In this document: positions 9,268 to 22,700 of the stretch, one piece after another
Layout: each line of letters opens with the position of its first letter
How positions within the stretch are numbered: position 1 is the first letter of the stretch
Made by a program: the position numbers and the translations under genes
IMG/VR virus record: IMGVR_UViG_3300040801_002079
Span: 252,802-316,801 of that record
Length of the DNA stretch: 64,000 bases
Strand: one strand, 5' to 3'
Notes under the pieces: model-generated
Databases searched by the model: none
What the model saw: the letters and a program-made list of their open reading frames with translations, nothing else
Told to the model about the DNA's origin: nothing

Positions 9268-11103
9268 ATGTCAGAACCTAAAAACCCATTAGATCAATTT
9301 AGTACATATCAGGTACGCCACATCTTAGGAGCATATAAAAATACTCCTTCAGCGGAAAGTTATAATCTTGTAATAACTTCCGGTAAAAGTGGAACATCCA
9401 TAGCAGGGGGTGACGGTGTTGTTGTAGCTAATGAGTTTGTTGATAGCGTGTTTAGTGTGCCATCTGTAGTATGGAGATGGGGAAAGGTTGGAGAATATAG
9501 CGCAACCACCACTCATATGGATGGAGTTATAGAAATAGGTGATGCTACGGGAGGTAGGTTCCTTGACTGGTTTCGCACAAATGTTATAAAAACATTAGGC
9601 AAATCTACTGACCACTTAACGTTTGCTTTAAAAACTTATTTTATTGGGGTCAATCGAATAAATGAAACAAAGGATGTAATAACAGGTAATCCATTAATAT
9701 TCCATGTGCATCATATAAGGGATATCATGAATGTGAAAGGGGAGGGGACCCGAGTAAGACTTGATTTTAGTGCTGCATATAATGCAACAGGACAGAACCC
9801 AGCAGTCTGCAAGCCCTATCAGTTAACACTAACACACAAAAGCGGAAACCTAACCAATACTGACCCCGAAGAACCTAACGGTAGCTGCTCTATATCAGAC
9901 CGAGGATCGGAGGATGCTTCGTTTTTCGACCCCAGAAAAGAAAGACTTGATAAAAGTAAACCAATGAGGACACTAAAAGAGTTATTTGAAGCATTTGAAG
10001 CCGACCTTAATCAACAACCAGAAGCCCACAAAATGCAGGTTCAGAAATGGTTAAGTAAAATAAGAGATAATTATGTTCAAAAGATAACGCCACCCGAACA
10101 AGAACGAGGTGAGAAATTACCCATTGAGTTCGAAGTGAAACTTGACCCCATATATTATGGATATAAGGTTGATAATAGAAACTTACCATTTGAGCAAACA
10201 GAAGAACGCCCCGATGAAACCAAGGGGGTGACATCTGTACCATTTAGGCCCGGAGCACCACTAACAGAAATGATTGAAACTCTCATGAAGTATTCAATCA
10301 AAGTGGGTGAAGACGCAGCCTTGCCACAAAATGCAAAAACGTTCGCATCCAATATTAGCTATGTTGTAGATCGGGATGATAAAATCAAGATCAAGATCAA
10401 GATCAAACAAATAACAATACCCTACACCACTCAAGACTTTGGAGATACTGGACCAGACAAGGCATTAAAGCCATTAACATTTTCATTCAAATCTAGGACC
10501 GGTGTCGATAATGATATAACATTTCTTAAAACTACAATATCAACTGATGCGGGAATTATACCCCTTGAAACCCCACAAACCGACAGTGCCAAAAAACCAT
10601 TAGTTATTTTTGGTAATAGAGAAACACAGACAGGGGAACGAATACCAACAAGCGCTCCGGGAGATAAATTCTTTGATTCAGGATTTAGTGGACTGCGTTT
10701 ACCTATAATGCCATATTTAAATACTGGGTTGGAAAATGCAGAAGCGGCAAGTAACGTTGATATTATGAACTTTATAAAGCTAAACCAAAGAAGTGACCAT
10801 CAAATAGAAATAAGAGGAAATTCAAGCTTAATGTTTGATTTCCACCGATTACCCAGTGAAGCAGCGGAACTTGAAAATCCCGGAGAGGCCGAGTATTATC
10901 AAATTCCAGAATCATATCCAATGTATCTGAAGATTGATATATTCTTAAGGGGAGATGCTGTTATTGGACTGGATAGAGACAGGGGCGTTCCTGAGCAATA
11001 CTTTTATAAAAATCATTATGAAATTTCAGGAGTTATTAATAACTTAACAGACGGGGCATTTTATCAAACTATATTACTCAAGAAAACGGACGATATTATA
11101 TAA
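9268..11103 (+). CDS. Putative baseplate hub protein (gp27-like)
   Basis: Lies between gp53- and gp5-like genes; NPLDQFSTY start, IEIRGN, terminal YEISGVINNLTDGAFYQTILLKK. Confidence 0.55.
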   Translation: MSEPKNPLDQFSTYQVRHILGAYKNTPSAESYNLVITSGKSGTSIAGGDGVVVANEFVDSVFSVPSVVWRWGKVGEYSATTTHMDGVIEIGDATGGRFLDWFRTNVIKTLGKSTDHLTFALKTYFIGVNRINETKDVITGNPLIFHVHHIRDIMNVKGEGTRVRLDFSAAYNATGQNPAVCKPYQLTLTHKSGNLTNTDPEEPNGSCSISDRGSEDASFFDPRKERLDKSKPMRTLKELFEAFEADLNQQPEAHKMQVQKWLSKIRDNYVQKITPPEQERGEKLPIEFEVKLDPIYYGYKVDNRNLPFEQTEERPDETKGVTSVPFRPGAPLTEMIETLMKYSIKVGEDAALPQNAKTFASNISYVVDRDDKIKIKIKIKQITIPYTTQDFGDTGPDKALKPLTFSFKSRTGVDNDITFLKTTISTDAGIIPLETPQTDSAKKPLVIFGNRETQTGERIPTSAPGDKFFDSGFSGLRLPIMPYLNTGLENAEAASNVDIMNFIKLNQRSDHQIEIRGNSSLMFDFHRLPSEAAELENPGEAEYYQIPESYPMYLKIDIFLRGDAVIGLDRDRGVPEQYFYKNHYEISGVINNLTDGAFYQTILLKKTDDII

Positions 11104-12866
11104 TGGGCGCACTATCAAGAATCAGAGAAAAGTTAACACTTAATGGGGTGGGGGATAATCATACCACCGCTGGTTTCGGTATAACCATAGGCACGGTTGT
11201 TGATACGGATGATCCGCTACAGATGGGTCGGTTGAGGATTTACTGTCCTGATTTAAATGATGACCCTAAAAAGGTACAACATTTGCCATGGGCCGTTTAC
11301 GCCTCGCCTTTTGGAGGAAGCATTCGCAATGCATGTCATGCAAAGGGACACCCACACCCTGACATGGAAAATAAATCATCGGGTGTTACGCAATATGGTT
11401 TTTGGGCCATACCTGAAAAGGGTGCAAACGTATTGGTTACATGGATCAACGGCGATCCACGAAAGCGAGTTTGGTTGGGTTGCCTATATGAGCAGCAAGA
11501 AACGGGTGGACTATTTCATGGGGTGTATGATTGGGGAAGCGGAGACGGTAAACCCGATGGTCCGTTTTCAGCACCTGAACCAGACTTTGATGGTGATGAT
11601 ACAAAAAATAAAATACAACCACTCTACGATAACCTAACTGAAGCATTTGATGGTGATAGAAAATCCGCCGAATGGAAGACTCGTGGAGCAGACTATGCTG
11701 GTGCAGTTAATGTTGATATCGATAAAAAGCACACCAATTCAGAACTTCAATCGGGTGAAGATGATTCATGGGTTAAAAGTAAGCTAGGAGCGGCAGGATA
11801 TGATTGGACATCATTTAAAAACCTTGGATCATATTTAGCTTCAAAAGTTGTTGGGTTTATGTCACCCGGATTACACTCTATTTCATTTGATGATAGGCCC
11901 TTTAATTCTCGAATCAAATTGCGTACAACAGCAGGACATCAGATTATATTAGATGATACTAATGAACGCATATATGTTAATACATATGAGGGAAAATCAT
12001 GGATTGAATTGGATAGAAACGGCAACATTGATGTTTATTCCGATAAGCGCATATCAATGAGGGCTAAGAAAGACATTAACTTCTCGACGGATGAGTCATT
12101 CAGAGTAAAGGCTAAGAAAGGAATATTCATGTATGCGGGAGATAAAGATGGGCAGACCCCGTTAGATTCAATCCCTCCCGATGGTCAAATTAGGTTCCAC
12201 TCAGAAAATGACACCCACTTTTTTACTGAAGGTGACTTCTTTCAAACAATTAATAAAAACTATGATTTCACACTGGATGGCAATTTCACAGGAGAGATTG
12301 GGGGTAAGTATAATCTACAGCTTAATACTAATACGTATAATGTATTAACGCCCAATAACAGTATAATGATTAATGGCTCGAAGATTGAATTTGATACAAT
12401 TAAACTTGTAATAGATGCCGGTAGCAAGATTCAATTACAAGGCGGGTCTTCAACCGTGCAGATTGCATCAGGTACAATTAAATTAGATGCTCCTAATATA
12501 GGATTTAATGCGGCGGGTGGACATACGGTTACATCAATGGTGACAGGAATTAATGTAGCATTGGCTTGTTGCCCAACATCCCCCCTAATTCCAATTCCTC
12601 AAATTGTTTCCCCAGAGATGTTAAGTAACCCCAATGTTATCGTAGACGAAACTGAGATAGCTCCATGGACTAATAGAGTGCCCGATCATGAGCCGTGGCC
12701 TAGAGTTATGAAATTAGATGAAACGGTTAATAAGTCTGATGATGGGCATAAGAATAATGTTAGATGGAAAGACCAGTTTGATAATACATCCGATAAGGGT
12801 AGAAAAAATATTGGAATCATCGAAGGTGATGAAGAAACTACTCGCGGGGATTTTTGGAGAAGGTAA
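11103..12866 (+). CDS. Baseplate central spike (gp5/VgrG-like), no lysozyme domain evident
   Basis: OB-fold GTVVDTDDPLQMGRLRIYCP, PEKGANVLV, RTTAGHQIILDD, followed by beta-helix-like repeats. Confidence 0.85.
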   Translation: MGALSRIREKLTLNGVGDNHTTAGFGITIGTVVDTDDPLQMGRLRIYCPDLNDDPKKVQHLPWAVYASPFGGSIRNACHAKGHPHPDMENKSSGVTQYGFWAIPEKGANVLVTWINGDPRKRVWLGCLYEQQETGGLFHGVYDWGSGDGKPDGPFSAPEPDFDGDDTKNKIQPLYDNLTEAFDGDRKSAEWKTRGADYAGAVNVDIDKKHTNSELQSGEDDSWVKSKLGAAGYDWTSFKNLGSYLASKVVGFMSPGLHSISFDDRPFNSRIKLRTTAGHQIILDDTNERIYVNTYEGKSWIELDRNGNIDVYSDKRISMRAKKDINFSTDESFRVKAKKGIFMYAGDKDGQTPLDSIPPDGQIRFHSENDTHFFTEGDFFQTINKNYDFTLDGNFTGEIGGKYNLQLNTNTYNVLTPNNSIMINGSKIEFDTIKLVIDAGSKIQLQGGSSTVQIASGTIKLDAPNIGFNAAGGHTVTSMVTGINVALACCPTSPLIPIPQIVSPEMLSNPNVIVDETEIAPWTNRVPDHEPWPRVMKLDETVNKSDDGHKNNVRWKDQFDNTSDKGRKNIGIIEGDEETTRGDFWRR

Positions 12867-12892
12867 TAAATATATACCAGAGGTTATTAATT

Positions 12893-13357
12893 ATGAAAAT
12901 TGAAGACATTTTAAATGAGGCTAGAAGTCGTGAAGAGGCATGGTGGATTGATGACGCACTGGAGTCTGCATGGGAAAATGATTACGTATTGTTTTACGAG
13001 GAAGTTCAGGGAATGGTGGAAGAACTTGCTGATATGTATCCCGATAATCCCAAAGCTAAGAAGGCACAGAATTATTTCATGAAACAATTCGCGGGCCTTG
13101 AAAATGCAAAAATAGCAGAGAATGAATATAATGAAAAGTTTATTCACTATGTTCTGGGGACCGATTATCGAAGTGGCGAAATGCCATTCTCTGAGGCGAT
13201 TAAGCGTTTAAGGGAATTTGAAAAATGGGTTGACGATGTTGATGTATATTATGAGCCTAGTGATATTGAGGATGCTGAATATGCTGAAGGACGATTTGAT
13301 TATAATGGACCCAATGACCCATATGCTGAAAGAGGCGTTAAACGATCTGACTTTTAA
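12893..13357 (+). CDS. Acidic hypothetical protein, possible internal head protein
   Basis: Likely start ATG 12893 after AATAAATA (12865-72) and a GAGG RBS; N-terminus MKIEDILNE. Confidence 0.6.
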   Translation: MKIEDILNEARSREEAWWIDDALESAWENDYVLFYEEVQGMVEELADMYPDNPKAKKAQNYFMKQFAGLENAKIAENEYNEKFIHYVLGTDYRSGEMPFSEAIKRLREFEKWVDDVDVYYEPSDIEDAEYAEGRFDYNGPNDPYAERGVKRSDF

Positions 13358-13359
13358 TC

Positions 13360-13755
13360 ATGACTAAGAAGAACATATACAGAGGTATTTCCTTTATACG
13401 GTATAAAGATAAAAAGACATTATCTTTATCAGATAAGGAACTGGTTAAACAAGATATACTTAACCACATTTATACGCGGATAAATGAGCGCATAATGATG
13501 CCACGATTTGGGACACGAATATCTGATATGCCATTCGATCCACTGGATGATATCCTTTTAACATTCTTAGAAGATGATCTTTTAACTGTCATGGAATATG
13601 ATCCCCGCGTTGAGTTACAAAGAAGTGAAACATCGAACGGGATACAAATAACACCATTATATGATGAGAATATAGTGATAGCTACCGTACAGTTATTTTA
13701 TGTTGAGCTTGATTTGTCGGAATCAATTGATATTAGGCTAGATTTTAATACGTGA
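13360..13755 (+). CDS. gp25: Baseplate wedge protein gp25-like
   Basis: LVKQDILNHIYTRINERIMMPRFGT, YDPRV. Confidence 0.9.
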   Translation: MTKKNIYRGISFIRYKDKKTLSLSDKELVKQDILNHIYTRINERIMMPRFGTRISDMPFDPLDDILLTFLEDDLLTVMEYDPRVELQRSETSNGIQITPLYDENIVIATVQLFYVELDLSESIDIRLDFNT

Positions 13756-13798
13756 ATAAAGAAATAAATAGAAATATACGATTAGGGATTAAACTATT

Positions 13799-16711
13799 AT
13801 GCGAATTGTAAGTAGAGCGGAATCATGGGAAAGAGTATATGAGGCATTTGAGCAAGTAAATTTCTCTGCCTTTGATTTCGTAACGATCAAAGAATCCCTG
13901 ATAGACTATTTGAAATTATACTTTGCGGAAGATTTTAATGATTGGATTGAATCTTCAGAACTCTTGCCCATCATTGAAGCATTTGCGTATGTGGGTGAAC
14001 TTCTAGCTTATCGTGTTGATCTTAATGCCCATGAAAATCTAATCACGGTTGCCCAAAGAAAAGAATCAATTTTACGCTTAGCAAAACTGCTGTCATATAA
14101 CGCATCACGAAATATACCATCCCGTGGATTAGTTAAGCTGACCACAATATCAACAACAGAGAGCGTTTTTGATTCAAACGGAACAAACTTAGCTAATGTT
14201 GACATTATATGGAATGATCCCAACAACCCAAACTGGAAAGAACAGTTTACATTAGTAATGAACCGAGTCTTACGGCAAGACTTTGGAACTGTTCTACCAT
14301 CAGATAGGGTTCAAGTCCAAGATGTATTATTTGAAGTCTATGAATTGAACAATAATCCAATTCAGAACAACACACTATCCTATAATATTAGCGTTTCCAA
14401 TGAAACATATCCCATGGAAATAGTGGCCTCCACGCTTAATTCATATGGGCCATTAGAAAAACGACCAGAAAAGGATATGCAATTATCGGTATTATATTTG
14501 TCGGATGGTCTAGGAGATTCATCAGATAATACGGGGTTCTTCTTTTTCACTAAACAGGGGTCCATGCAGCGAGTTTTAGCGGATTTTGATGGAGTTACCC
14601 CAAATCAAACATTCGATGTTAACACCATTAATACCAATGAAACGGACATATGGGTTAATAATATTGACCCAGATACTGAGGAAATATTGATCGATGACTC
14701 TGATATTCAGGCGACTGAGCGTGAAGGTGAATGGTATCCGGTTGATTTGGCTAGTGCACAAAATATCATCTTCAACACATCAGAAAACAGAAATAAGTAT
14801 GAAGTTGAAACACTTGATGACGATAAATTCCGTTTAATATTTGGAGATGGTAATTTTTCAAATATCCCATCGGGTAGATTTGAAATCTGGCACAGATCAT
14901 CCGCAAATAAATCACTATCTATACCTGAAAGTTCTATACAGAATATAGCAAATAACTTCACATATCTTGATAATAATAATAAAGAGCAAACACTATCTTT
15001 CAATGTAAGCCTATTATCCCCGATACAAAATTCTGCCCCATCGGAAGATATTGAACGCATAAGGCGAACTGCACCATCCGTATACTATACACAGGATAGA
15101 ATGGTTAATGCGCAGGATTACAATGAATATATGCTTCAGGATAACTCAATACTGAAGCTACGAGGAATTAACCGCACATTTGCTGGTGACTCAAAATACA
15201 TAACATGGCATGACCCAAGAGAATATTATGAAAATGTAAAACTATTCGGAAGTGATCTTGTGGTTTATTTTAACACGGTGGCAAATTCTTTTGATGTTGA
15301 TCAATCTGATTTACCACCAATCGACAATTCTTTAGACTCAGATGGAATTGTGAACGGGGAAGCAATGGAAGCCCTGATCTATAATTATATTCAGCCACTG
15401 CTAAGTACTGATTTATTCTTCACCACATTCGCAATAAACGGTGTTCATCCTCAAAACATTAGAAGAGAATTTACAGCCGATGAATTTTTAGCGATAAAAG
15501 AATCTCTGGCGCTGGTATCAGTTAACCCTCCAAATACAGTGTATATGGATTATAGTGAAGACTTGGATTTATGGTCAGTCTTTTCGTCAGAGCCTGTCTC
15601 ATGGTGGATAGCGGCAGAGGCCGATAAGGATAATGGGTGGACCATACGATATAATGGGCAAAATATAATTGTTCACAGTGATGAAACCCGATTCTGGATT
15701 TCAAATGATGAAGATAGGGTTATAACAACCGACACACTTAATACAAACCTTGACGAAATTATAGTTTTATCTGCAAACTTAAATTCAGATGGTGATATTT
15801 TAGGGTCGAATCGTCCGTTTAGTGTCATCCGTCAAGTGGTAATTGAACAAGGTGAATATATGGGGACTCAGAGTATTCACGATTTAGAGGTATTGCCATC
15901 AGATGAAACATTTGACGGATTTCCTGATGATGTTGATTTAGCATATCTAATCGGAGATACAGATTATGTATACTTCAATAGAGAATCGGATGAATACCCA
16001 TGGGTGTTCCAACCGTATAGTATAGACACTGTTGCCGCTTTTGCCGAAGATCAGGCCAGTGGAGCGGGACTATGGAAAAGAGAGCGGGGCAGAGAAGACC
16101 TAAACTTTTTATGGATGCATAGAACACCGCGCTATCATTTAATTGATCCAGCCCCTAGTAACATTATTGATATTTACATCATGTCCAGAGGATACTATTT
16201 GTCATTAAGGCAATGGTTGAATGGCTCCTTAGCTGAAGAACCCGAAGCCCCAACCCCATTTACACTAAGAGCAGATTATGGCTACATGCTTGAAAATAAA
16301 ATGATATCCGATACTGTTGTGTTGCATCCCGGTAAGGTTAAGCCTATTATTGGACCACTTGCACACCCATCACTACAGGCAACTATAAAGGTAGTGCGCT
16401 CTCCAAATAGGAGTATTTCAGTTAATCAACTTAAGACTCGAATTGTAGATTTGGTTAAAGAGTTCTTCGATATTAATAAATGGGAATTTGGAGAAACATT
16501 CTATTTTACTGAACTATCCGCGTTCATTCATTCTCGCTTACCCGTCGAGCTAGATTCTGTCGTATTTGTACCGGTAAATGATGCTAATGTTTTTGGTGAC
16601 CTTTATCAGGTGTTGGCAAAAGAAGATGAAATCATCCAACCAAATATAACAGTAGACGATGTTCAAATCATAGAATCCATCAATCCTCGAAGCATACAGC
16701 AAACCCTTTAA
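13799..16711 (+). CDS. gp6: Baseplate wedge protein gp6-like
   Basis: DFVTIKESLIDY, TVAQRKESILRLAKLLSY, LIFGDGNFSNIPSG, EDIERIRRTAPSVYYTQDRMVNAQDY. Confidence 0.85.
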   Translation: MRIVSRAESWERVYEAFEQVNFSAFDFVTIKESLIDYLKLYFAEDFNDWIESSELLPIIEAFAYVGELLAYRVDLNAHENLITVAQRKESILRLAKLLSYNASRNIPSRGLVKLTTISTTESVFDSNGTNLANVDIIWNDPNNPNWKEQFTLVMNRVLRQDFGTVLPSDRVQVQDVLFEVYELNNNPIQNNTLSYNISVSNETYPMEIVASTLNSYGPLEKRPEKDMQLSVLYLSDGLGDSSDNTGFFFFTKQGSMQRVLADFDGVTPNQTFDVNTINTNETDIWVNNIDPDTEEILIDDSDIQATEREGEWYPVDLASAQNIIFNTSENRNKYEVETLDDDKFRLIFGDGNFSNIPSGRFEIWHRSSANKSLSIPESSIQNIANNFTYLDNNNKEQTLSFNVSLLSPIQNSAPSEDIERIRRTAPSVYYTQDRMVNAQDYNEYMLQDNSILKLRGINRTFAGDSKYITWHDPREYYENVKLFGSDLVVYFNTVANSFDVDQSDLPPIDNSLDSDGIVNGEAMEALIYNYIQPLLSTDLFFTTFAINGVHPQNIRREFTADEFLAIKESLALVSVNPPNTVYMDYSEDLDLWSVFSSEPVSWWIAAEADKDNGWTIRYNGQNIIVHSDETRFWISNDEDRVITTDTLNTNLDEIIVLSANLNSDGDILGSNRPFSVIRQVVIEQGEYMGTQSIHDLEVLPSDETFDGFPDDVDLAYLIGDTDYVYFNRESDEYPWVFQPYSIDTVAAFAEDQASGAGLWKRERGREDLNFLWMHRTPRYHLIDPAPSNIIDIYIMSRGYYLSLRQWLNGSLAEEPEAPTPFTLRADYGYMLENKMISDTVVLHPGKVKPIIGPLAHPSLQATIKVVRSPNRSISVNQLKTRIVDLVKEFFDINKWEFGETFYFTELSAFIHSRLPVELDSVVFVPVNDANVFGDLYQVLAKEDEIIQPNITVDDVQIIESINPRSIQQTL

Positions 16712-16748
16712 AGTTGCGTTTTTCACTAACCGCAATTTTTAATAAATA
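16710..16748 (+). terminator. Hairpin/U-tract followed directly by a late promoter
   Basis: AAGTTGCGTT...AACCGCAATTTTT, then AATAAATA at 16741-16748. Confidence 0.5.
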
Positions 16749-16784
16749 ATTTCATATTGGTATGTTAGCTTGTAGAGGAAATTC

Positions 16785-19700
16785 GTGAATAATTCGGATT
16801 ATAAAAAAAATAGGATAAACATTAATGAATTGCTACCGGACCTTATTTCAAATACTGAAATAAGTAAAAGTATTCAAGAAAATCTGTTTAATCGATTCCT
16901 ATCTAAAGATGAATACCAGAGAGTTATAGGTGTTATAGGAACTCCCGACCCAAGAGACCCAACTTCATTTAGAATTCCAGAAAACAATGAATACCGAGAA
17001 AATTATCAGTTGCAGCCCGTTGCTCATGCAAAGGTTGGCTCAGTAGATTACCATTTGTCGTTTCATGATTTGATGAGACGATTGGAGTATTTGGGAGTAA
17101 ATACTGAAAGATTTGATGAGTGGGGCAATTCGATGCAATTCAATTGGGTCCCACCAATTGACATTGATAAAATTATAAACTATCAAGATTATTTTTGGGT
17201 ATCGGAAAATTTTGATGACGTACCACAATATATAACGGTTAAAAACTTGTGCACTTGGGCGCAAGCTCGTTCTATACAAGCAAAGAAGACTGTTATTTCT
17301 GTACAACAGCCCATTGACATCAACTCAATAAATGAAAATATAATCGAATTATCAGGAAATGTTGTTTCCAAGTATAGTCCGGGAGAACACTTAATAGTTT
17401 ACAATAGTAATGAGAGTGAATATGTCGTTGTTACAATTAAAACCGTAGATTTTAATCTATCATCATCTAATACTGATATTATTGTTGACACTAGATTATC
17501 ATCTGATCTCAATACCGCAGCAAGAATCGAATTTCCCATAATTGGAGTTATATCCGCAGAAAAATCAATAATTTTAGAGGGGGATTTGACAAATATTTTC
17601 GCTCCGGAATATATATTCTCTTTAACTAAGTCTATTGGGACGGTAACAACATACCATACGGTTTCAAGCGCATCATATGATACACTGCAAAATCAAACAA
17701 CAGTTGTACTGAAAGAAAACCTTGAAGCCTTAAACTGGAAATATGCTTCAACCTTGCCTCAAATCTTAATGAATGATGAGGAGGCTAGAAGCAGATGTAA
17801 TGAAAATTATACTAGCACCTTGTTTACACAATGGAAAGACGAATACATTGGAAGGCTAATATGGTCACCTAATAAATTAATTATTCAATCTTCTGGATCG
17901 GGACGAACAGAGCTAGGGGAAGATTCTTTTTATGAAGAGAGTTTACTACTTGTAACGTCCGGGGTTAAGAGAGGGGATGTATTAAATATATTAGAAGGTA
18001 AAAGTGAAGGCCAGCATGAAATCATAAGCGTTAATCAAAATCCGGTAACGGGGAGCGTATTGGGGGTTGATCCAAGCGCATTCTTCTTTACAGAATATAA
18101 TGTATCATATCAGATTTATAGGGAACAAACCACGGCTCTAATAACACGATCCGAAGATGATGTACCATCATCTCCAGAAATATATGACCTATGGATAAAT
18201 TCAGATGATGGTAATTTATATCAGTGGACTGGAAGCACATGGAGATTGGTTGCAAACAACATTGATGTACTTGTCGCTTCTTTATATGGCAGACACCTAC
18301 TTGACTTCAATGAAGATGATGCGTGGGCCAAAGAAAATAAATGGATTCACAAAACACAGCTTAGTACATTTGAATCTGCCACACGAGCGCAAATTCCAAT
18401 AATTGAATACGAACCATATATTAAAAAATCAACAACGTCATATTCTAGCAAGGAATGGAAATATAGGGTTGATTCAACTAACGAATACTTTGAAACTGAT
18501 GCGTCACCCAGAATGTTTGAAATTCAGGACATTCGCATAACAGAGAGTGGTAATGAATTTTCATTCATGACGGATACAAAAATATTACTTCATGAAAAAT
18601 TTGGCAACTTGGTTGACGATATTCAAATTGGTGAAAGGATAGAATTTAATGACTTTTCAGAAAACATCAGCACAAAAATTGTTAAAGATGTTGAATTTTA
18701 TAGAGTGTTTCCGAAGTCCAGACACCAAACGGTAATAACATTAACAACCCCCGTAAATGATCCATTTGATCTACCTGTAGGGGCACACATTGGTCCACAG
18801 GAAACATCACTGGGTGATCCTTGGATTGGTATAGATGAAGGGCACTGGCTATTTGAAGGAGTTGTTAATATTCAGGCATCAAGTATTGAGCCTGAGCCAA
18901 ACCCAATGCTTAACGAACTATTTGAAAGTAAGTATGTTCCGAAACAAACCGGCGCACGAACGCTTGATATACAATCATTAGATTTTGAAGACATTGAATC
19001 ATTAGAAGTTATAGAAGCACTGGAAACTATAGTACAGGGTGCATACAACTATGAAACAAATATTGGACCTGTATGGCAAACATTTTCTCTCCCGGATAGT
19101 ATACAAATAACCGCTCCAAGGTTCGTATTTGACCCCACACTTCATACATTAGCACTATATGAAGATTATCAAGAGGGTGACATGCGTGTATACATAAATG
19201 GTGTCAGACAGTATGGCAACTTCTTTGATATTAGATCAGAAATATATCCAGATTTTGTTGGTGGCATTCAGTTTGATGATGATACGGTTATTACTAACCT
19301 AGATGTTATACGAATTGAACTGGGCGAATATGCTAAGTATGAAATAGGAAAAAGGGCGGTCACTATTCCAACTGAAGCGGGACTAGAGCCATACAATTTA
19401 GTAGATGTTCGGGCAATGGAGCAAATAAAAACTGATACAAATCAGTACATTTATTTTAACGTTTACGATGTTGACACTCAGCCGAAAATATTTGCTAATA
19501 CTATATTCAAGTATAATGAATCCGATGAATATTCCGTAAGCCCATATATTCTGGAGCGTGTTGTTGCCGATCCAGCCACCAAAACCTATGAATTTGTTAA
19601 CGAATTGTTCAACCATGAAACAGAAGAACTATATTGTTATTATGACGCAAAGTATGTTGGTAACGAACTTCAAAATCTATGGAAGAGAGGATTAAATAAC

Positions 19701-22700
19701 GAACAGTACGTACCTAAAAAAATAGATAACACTGATTACTGGAAGCTTCCAAATCAGATGTACTATAACCCACAGCATAGAAATAGAAGAGTTGTATCTT
19801 TTCAGGATGTATATAGACATTTTAGAAGTATAGCCCAGTCCCAAACCACTCCCGGAATATATTCAAATGTAACAAACCTATTTCATCTTGATGATAGGGT
19901 CAATTTCGGCTTGGGTGGAACAATAAAAGAACATAATGATAATTTTGATATCTTGATATCAACCATCTTTTTAAACAATGTAAATCCTATAAAACTCTAT
20001 CAGTTTGCGCATGATCAATATCGTTTAAACTTTAAATGGTTGGAAGAAAAATTTATCGATAGTTTTGAAATGCTAGTAAGTGATACTCAGTCCAACACGA
20101 CTGATACACTATCCGCCACTATTTCAGAATATTTAATAGATGCATTTGAAACGAATGATAAACTATCTCAATGGTTTGGGGATAGCTCCACATATAATGA
20201 AGCAACTGATACTGGAATAAAAAACTGGATTGCAACAACTCCATATTTTGGAATGAATTATCTGTACATGCCGTACATGAATATTGATGAAAGATATGGA
20301 ATTTATGAATTGTTCCATCATGATGGTCACCGTAGACAAATAGAGTTATCAGCTTCACTGAAGGAGCAATTAAATAAACGTCTATTGGCTCTAGATATAG
20401 CGTCAGAACAAGTAGTTAATAATGATCTTGATCCATTTCCCTTCAGCATAGAGGGTCGTGCTGTAAAACGCGGAGATTATCTGGTTAGGACTGTCCTACA
20501 GGATAAAACTCGTAAAGTATACAGAAGAAACTACAATAACGTATGGGAAGAATTTCCATATGAAAAGATATTAGCAGAAACATATCTGGATGTCGAGAAA
20601 AGGCTTTATGATAACTGCCCATCATATGATGAGCTTGTTTTCGATTTTTCAACGGTTGAGAATGACGTTGAATATTCTTCCACGCTTGAAAAGCAATTCG
20701 TTAAATACGGCAATTCCAGAGGTATAGATTATCTATACGCCAACGAAATATTTTACACTGGGACTGACCCATTCACTTGGAATTATTATTATACCCCAAT
20801 ACCGTCACATCCCGTGACAGGAATAGAAAGTTCAGATGTTGCGGGTAGCTGGCAAGCATTATATGAGAAAGTTTATAATACCCCATACCCACACCTTGAA
20901 CCATGGAAATTGCAAGGATATAGGGATTTGCCGGATTGGTGGCTAAATCGTTATAAGGTAACAGATGGTACCAGAAGATGGTCATCCGAAATGTGGGATA
21001 ATGTTCTAGCTGGAAGAGTTCCCACTGGACGAACCCTTCCTGACGGTGAAATATCGGCTGGCGCAAGAAATGAAGTAAATTCTTATGATTACGTATCTGT
21101 AAATATCGACAATTTTCCAACACATGATGGATACGATTCGGATGAATTGCTTCCACCATATTGGAATTCCAGCAATTCCGAACTAAGTACAGTTAGGTCA
21201 TTATATGATCCAGATGCTAATGATTTCATACAATCACCCGATCTGGACTTTGATTGGGGACAAAATGGAACACAAGAATGGAAATGGAGTGCATCCGCTC
21301 AAAGAATTTATGATGAGTTAATAACAGCATTTAAATTGCAGCCATTAAAATTCACAGCAAGAACATACGGAATAGAAAAGGCTGAGATAAATTGCCTTCA
21401 AATTGATTCCTTAACAAAGTCTCCATACGCCGTTAGAAAAACTCTATTTCATGGAGATATAGACCCAGACACTAATAGTGTGATTACAATTAATGGTGCT
21501 GGGCAATGGTATTCACACTACAACAGAAGCCATAATTTTGATGGCGAATCATCAGAATATAGAACACTATGGAAAGATTGGGATATCCCCCTATCATATG
21601 AATTTAATGCATTCATTGATACGCCCAGCTTCAGAATAGAAAATGCAAATTTCGACATAACAACCAAAGATTATAGCGTGGAAGTTAAAAAGACTCACGG
21701 TATAGATTTAAAATCAATCTTTGGGCTAAGGGCAAGAATATTATCAGTTCCTTCTAAGTATGCAAAGAACCGCGATTATGGTTTAGGGTGGACCGCAGAG
21801 TTCTTTAACACATCCCCTGATAATAATGATATAAATGTTTATGGAACAGAAAACTATGACTATAGGGTAAAATCGGATAATGAGACCCTGCGCTTATTTA
21901 GTTACCCAATATCTGGAGCAGATGTATCCAGACAAAGAGGTCTACAAGTAGCGAATTATAATCAACAAGCACTATTAAGCGACGAGACACTATATCCATC
22001 AACCGTAACTCCATTTTTTGCTGACATTTTAATTGATGGAATAAAGCAAATTGAATTGGTTGTGCGTGGCACAGAAGTTAAAACTATATCGGATTTGCTG
22101 GATTCTCTTAATTTACAGCTTGGAACCAACGCTACTGCCACACTTGAACAGGGTAACATTTATATAAGAAGTGATACTACCGGGGCAAGTTCTTCCATTG
22201 AAATAACAGATAGAGGATTGTTTACAACATCACATCAATCATATAGTTCTTTACAGCCGCCAACAACAGAGCCTTTAGAATTTAATCGTGTATTTACAAT
22301 TAAAGGAAACTACACATCGGTATTTCCTGAAAAGAGCGAAGTTGTAATAACAGATTCTACTAATTATAACGGAACATATACCGTGTTTGGAACATTTTAT
22401 GATGTGCCAAATAATGAAACACATATTCACGTAGATGAATTTGTAACAATACCAGATACCACAGTTGATGGATTTATAGAACCTGCCGATGCACTAACTT
22501 TACCGGAAGAGTGGGTGACTGGAACAGAATTATTCTTAAATGGAAACTCCGATGCGCCTCCACCATTAGATAATACACTACCGTATTACATCATTCGATT
22601 AAGCGATAGAGAATTTAAATTGGCTGAAACTGAAGTTCTAGCATATAAGGGGACAGCAATATCCGGAATCTCCGACAGTTTTATAAACACCATGATAGGC

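Noticed and set aside
12854-12892. Track start codon for the 167-aa ORF
   Set aside because: Promoter and RBS point to ATG 12893
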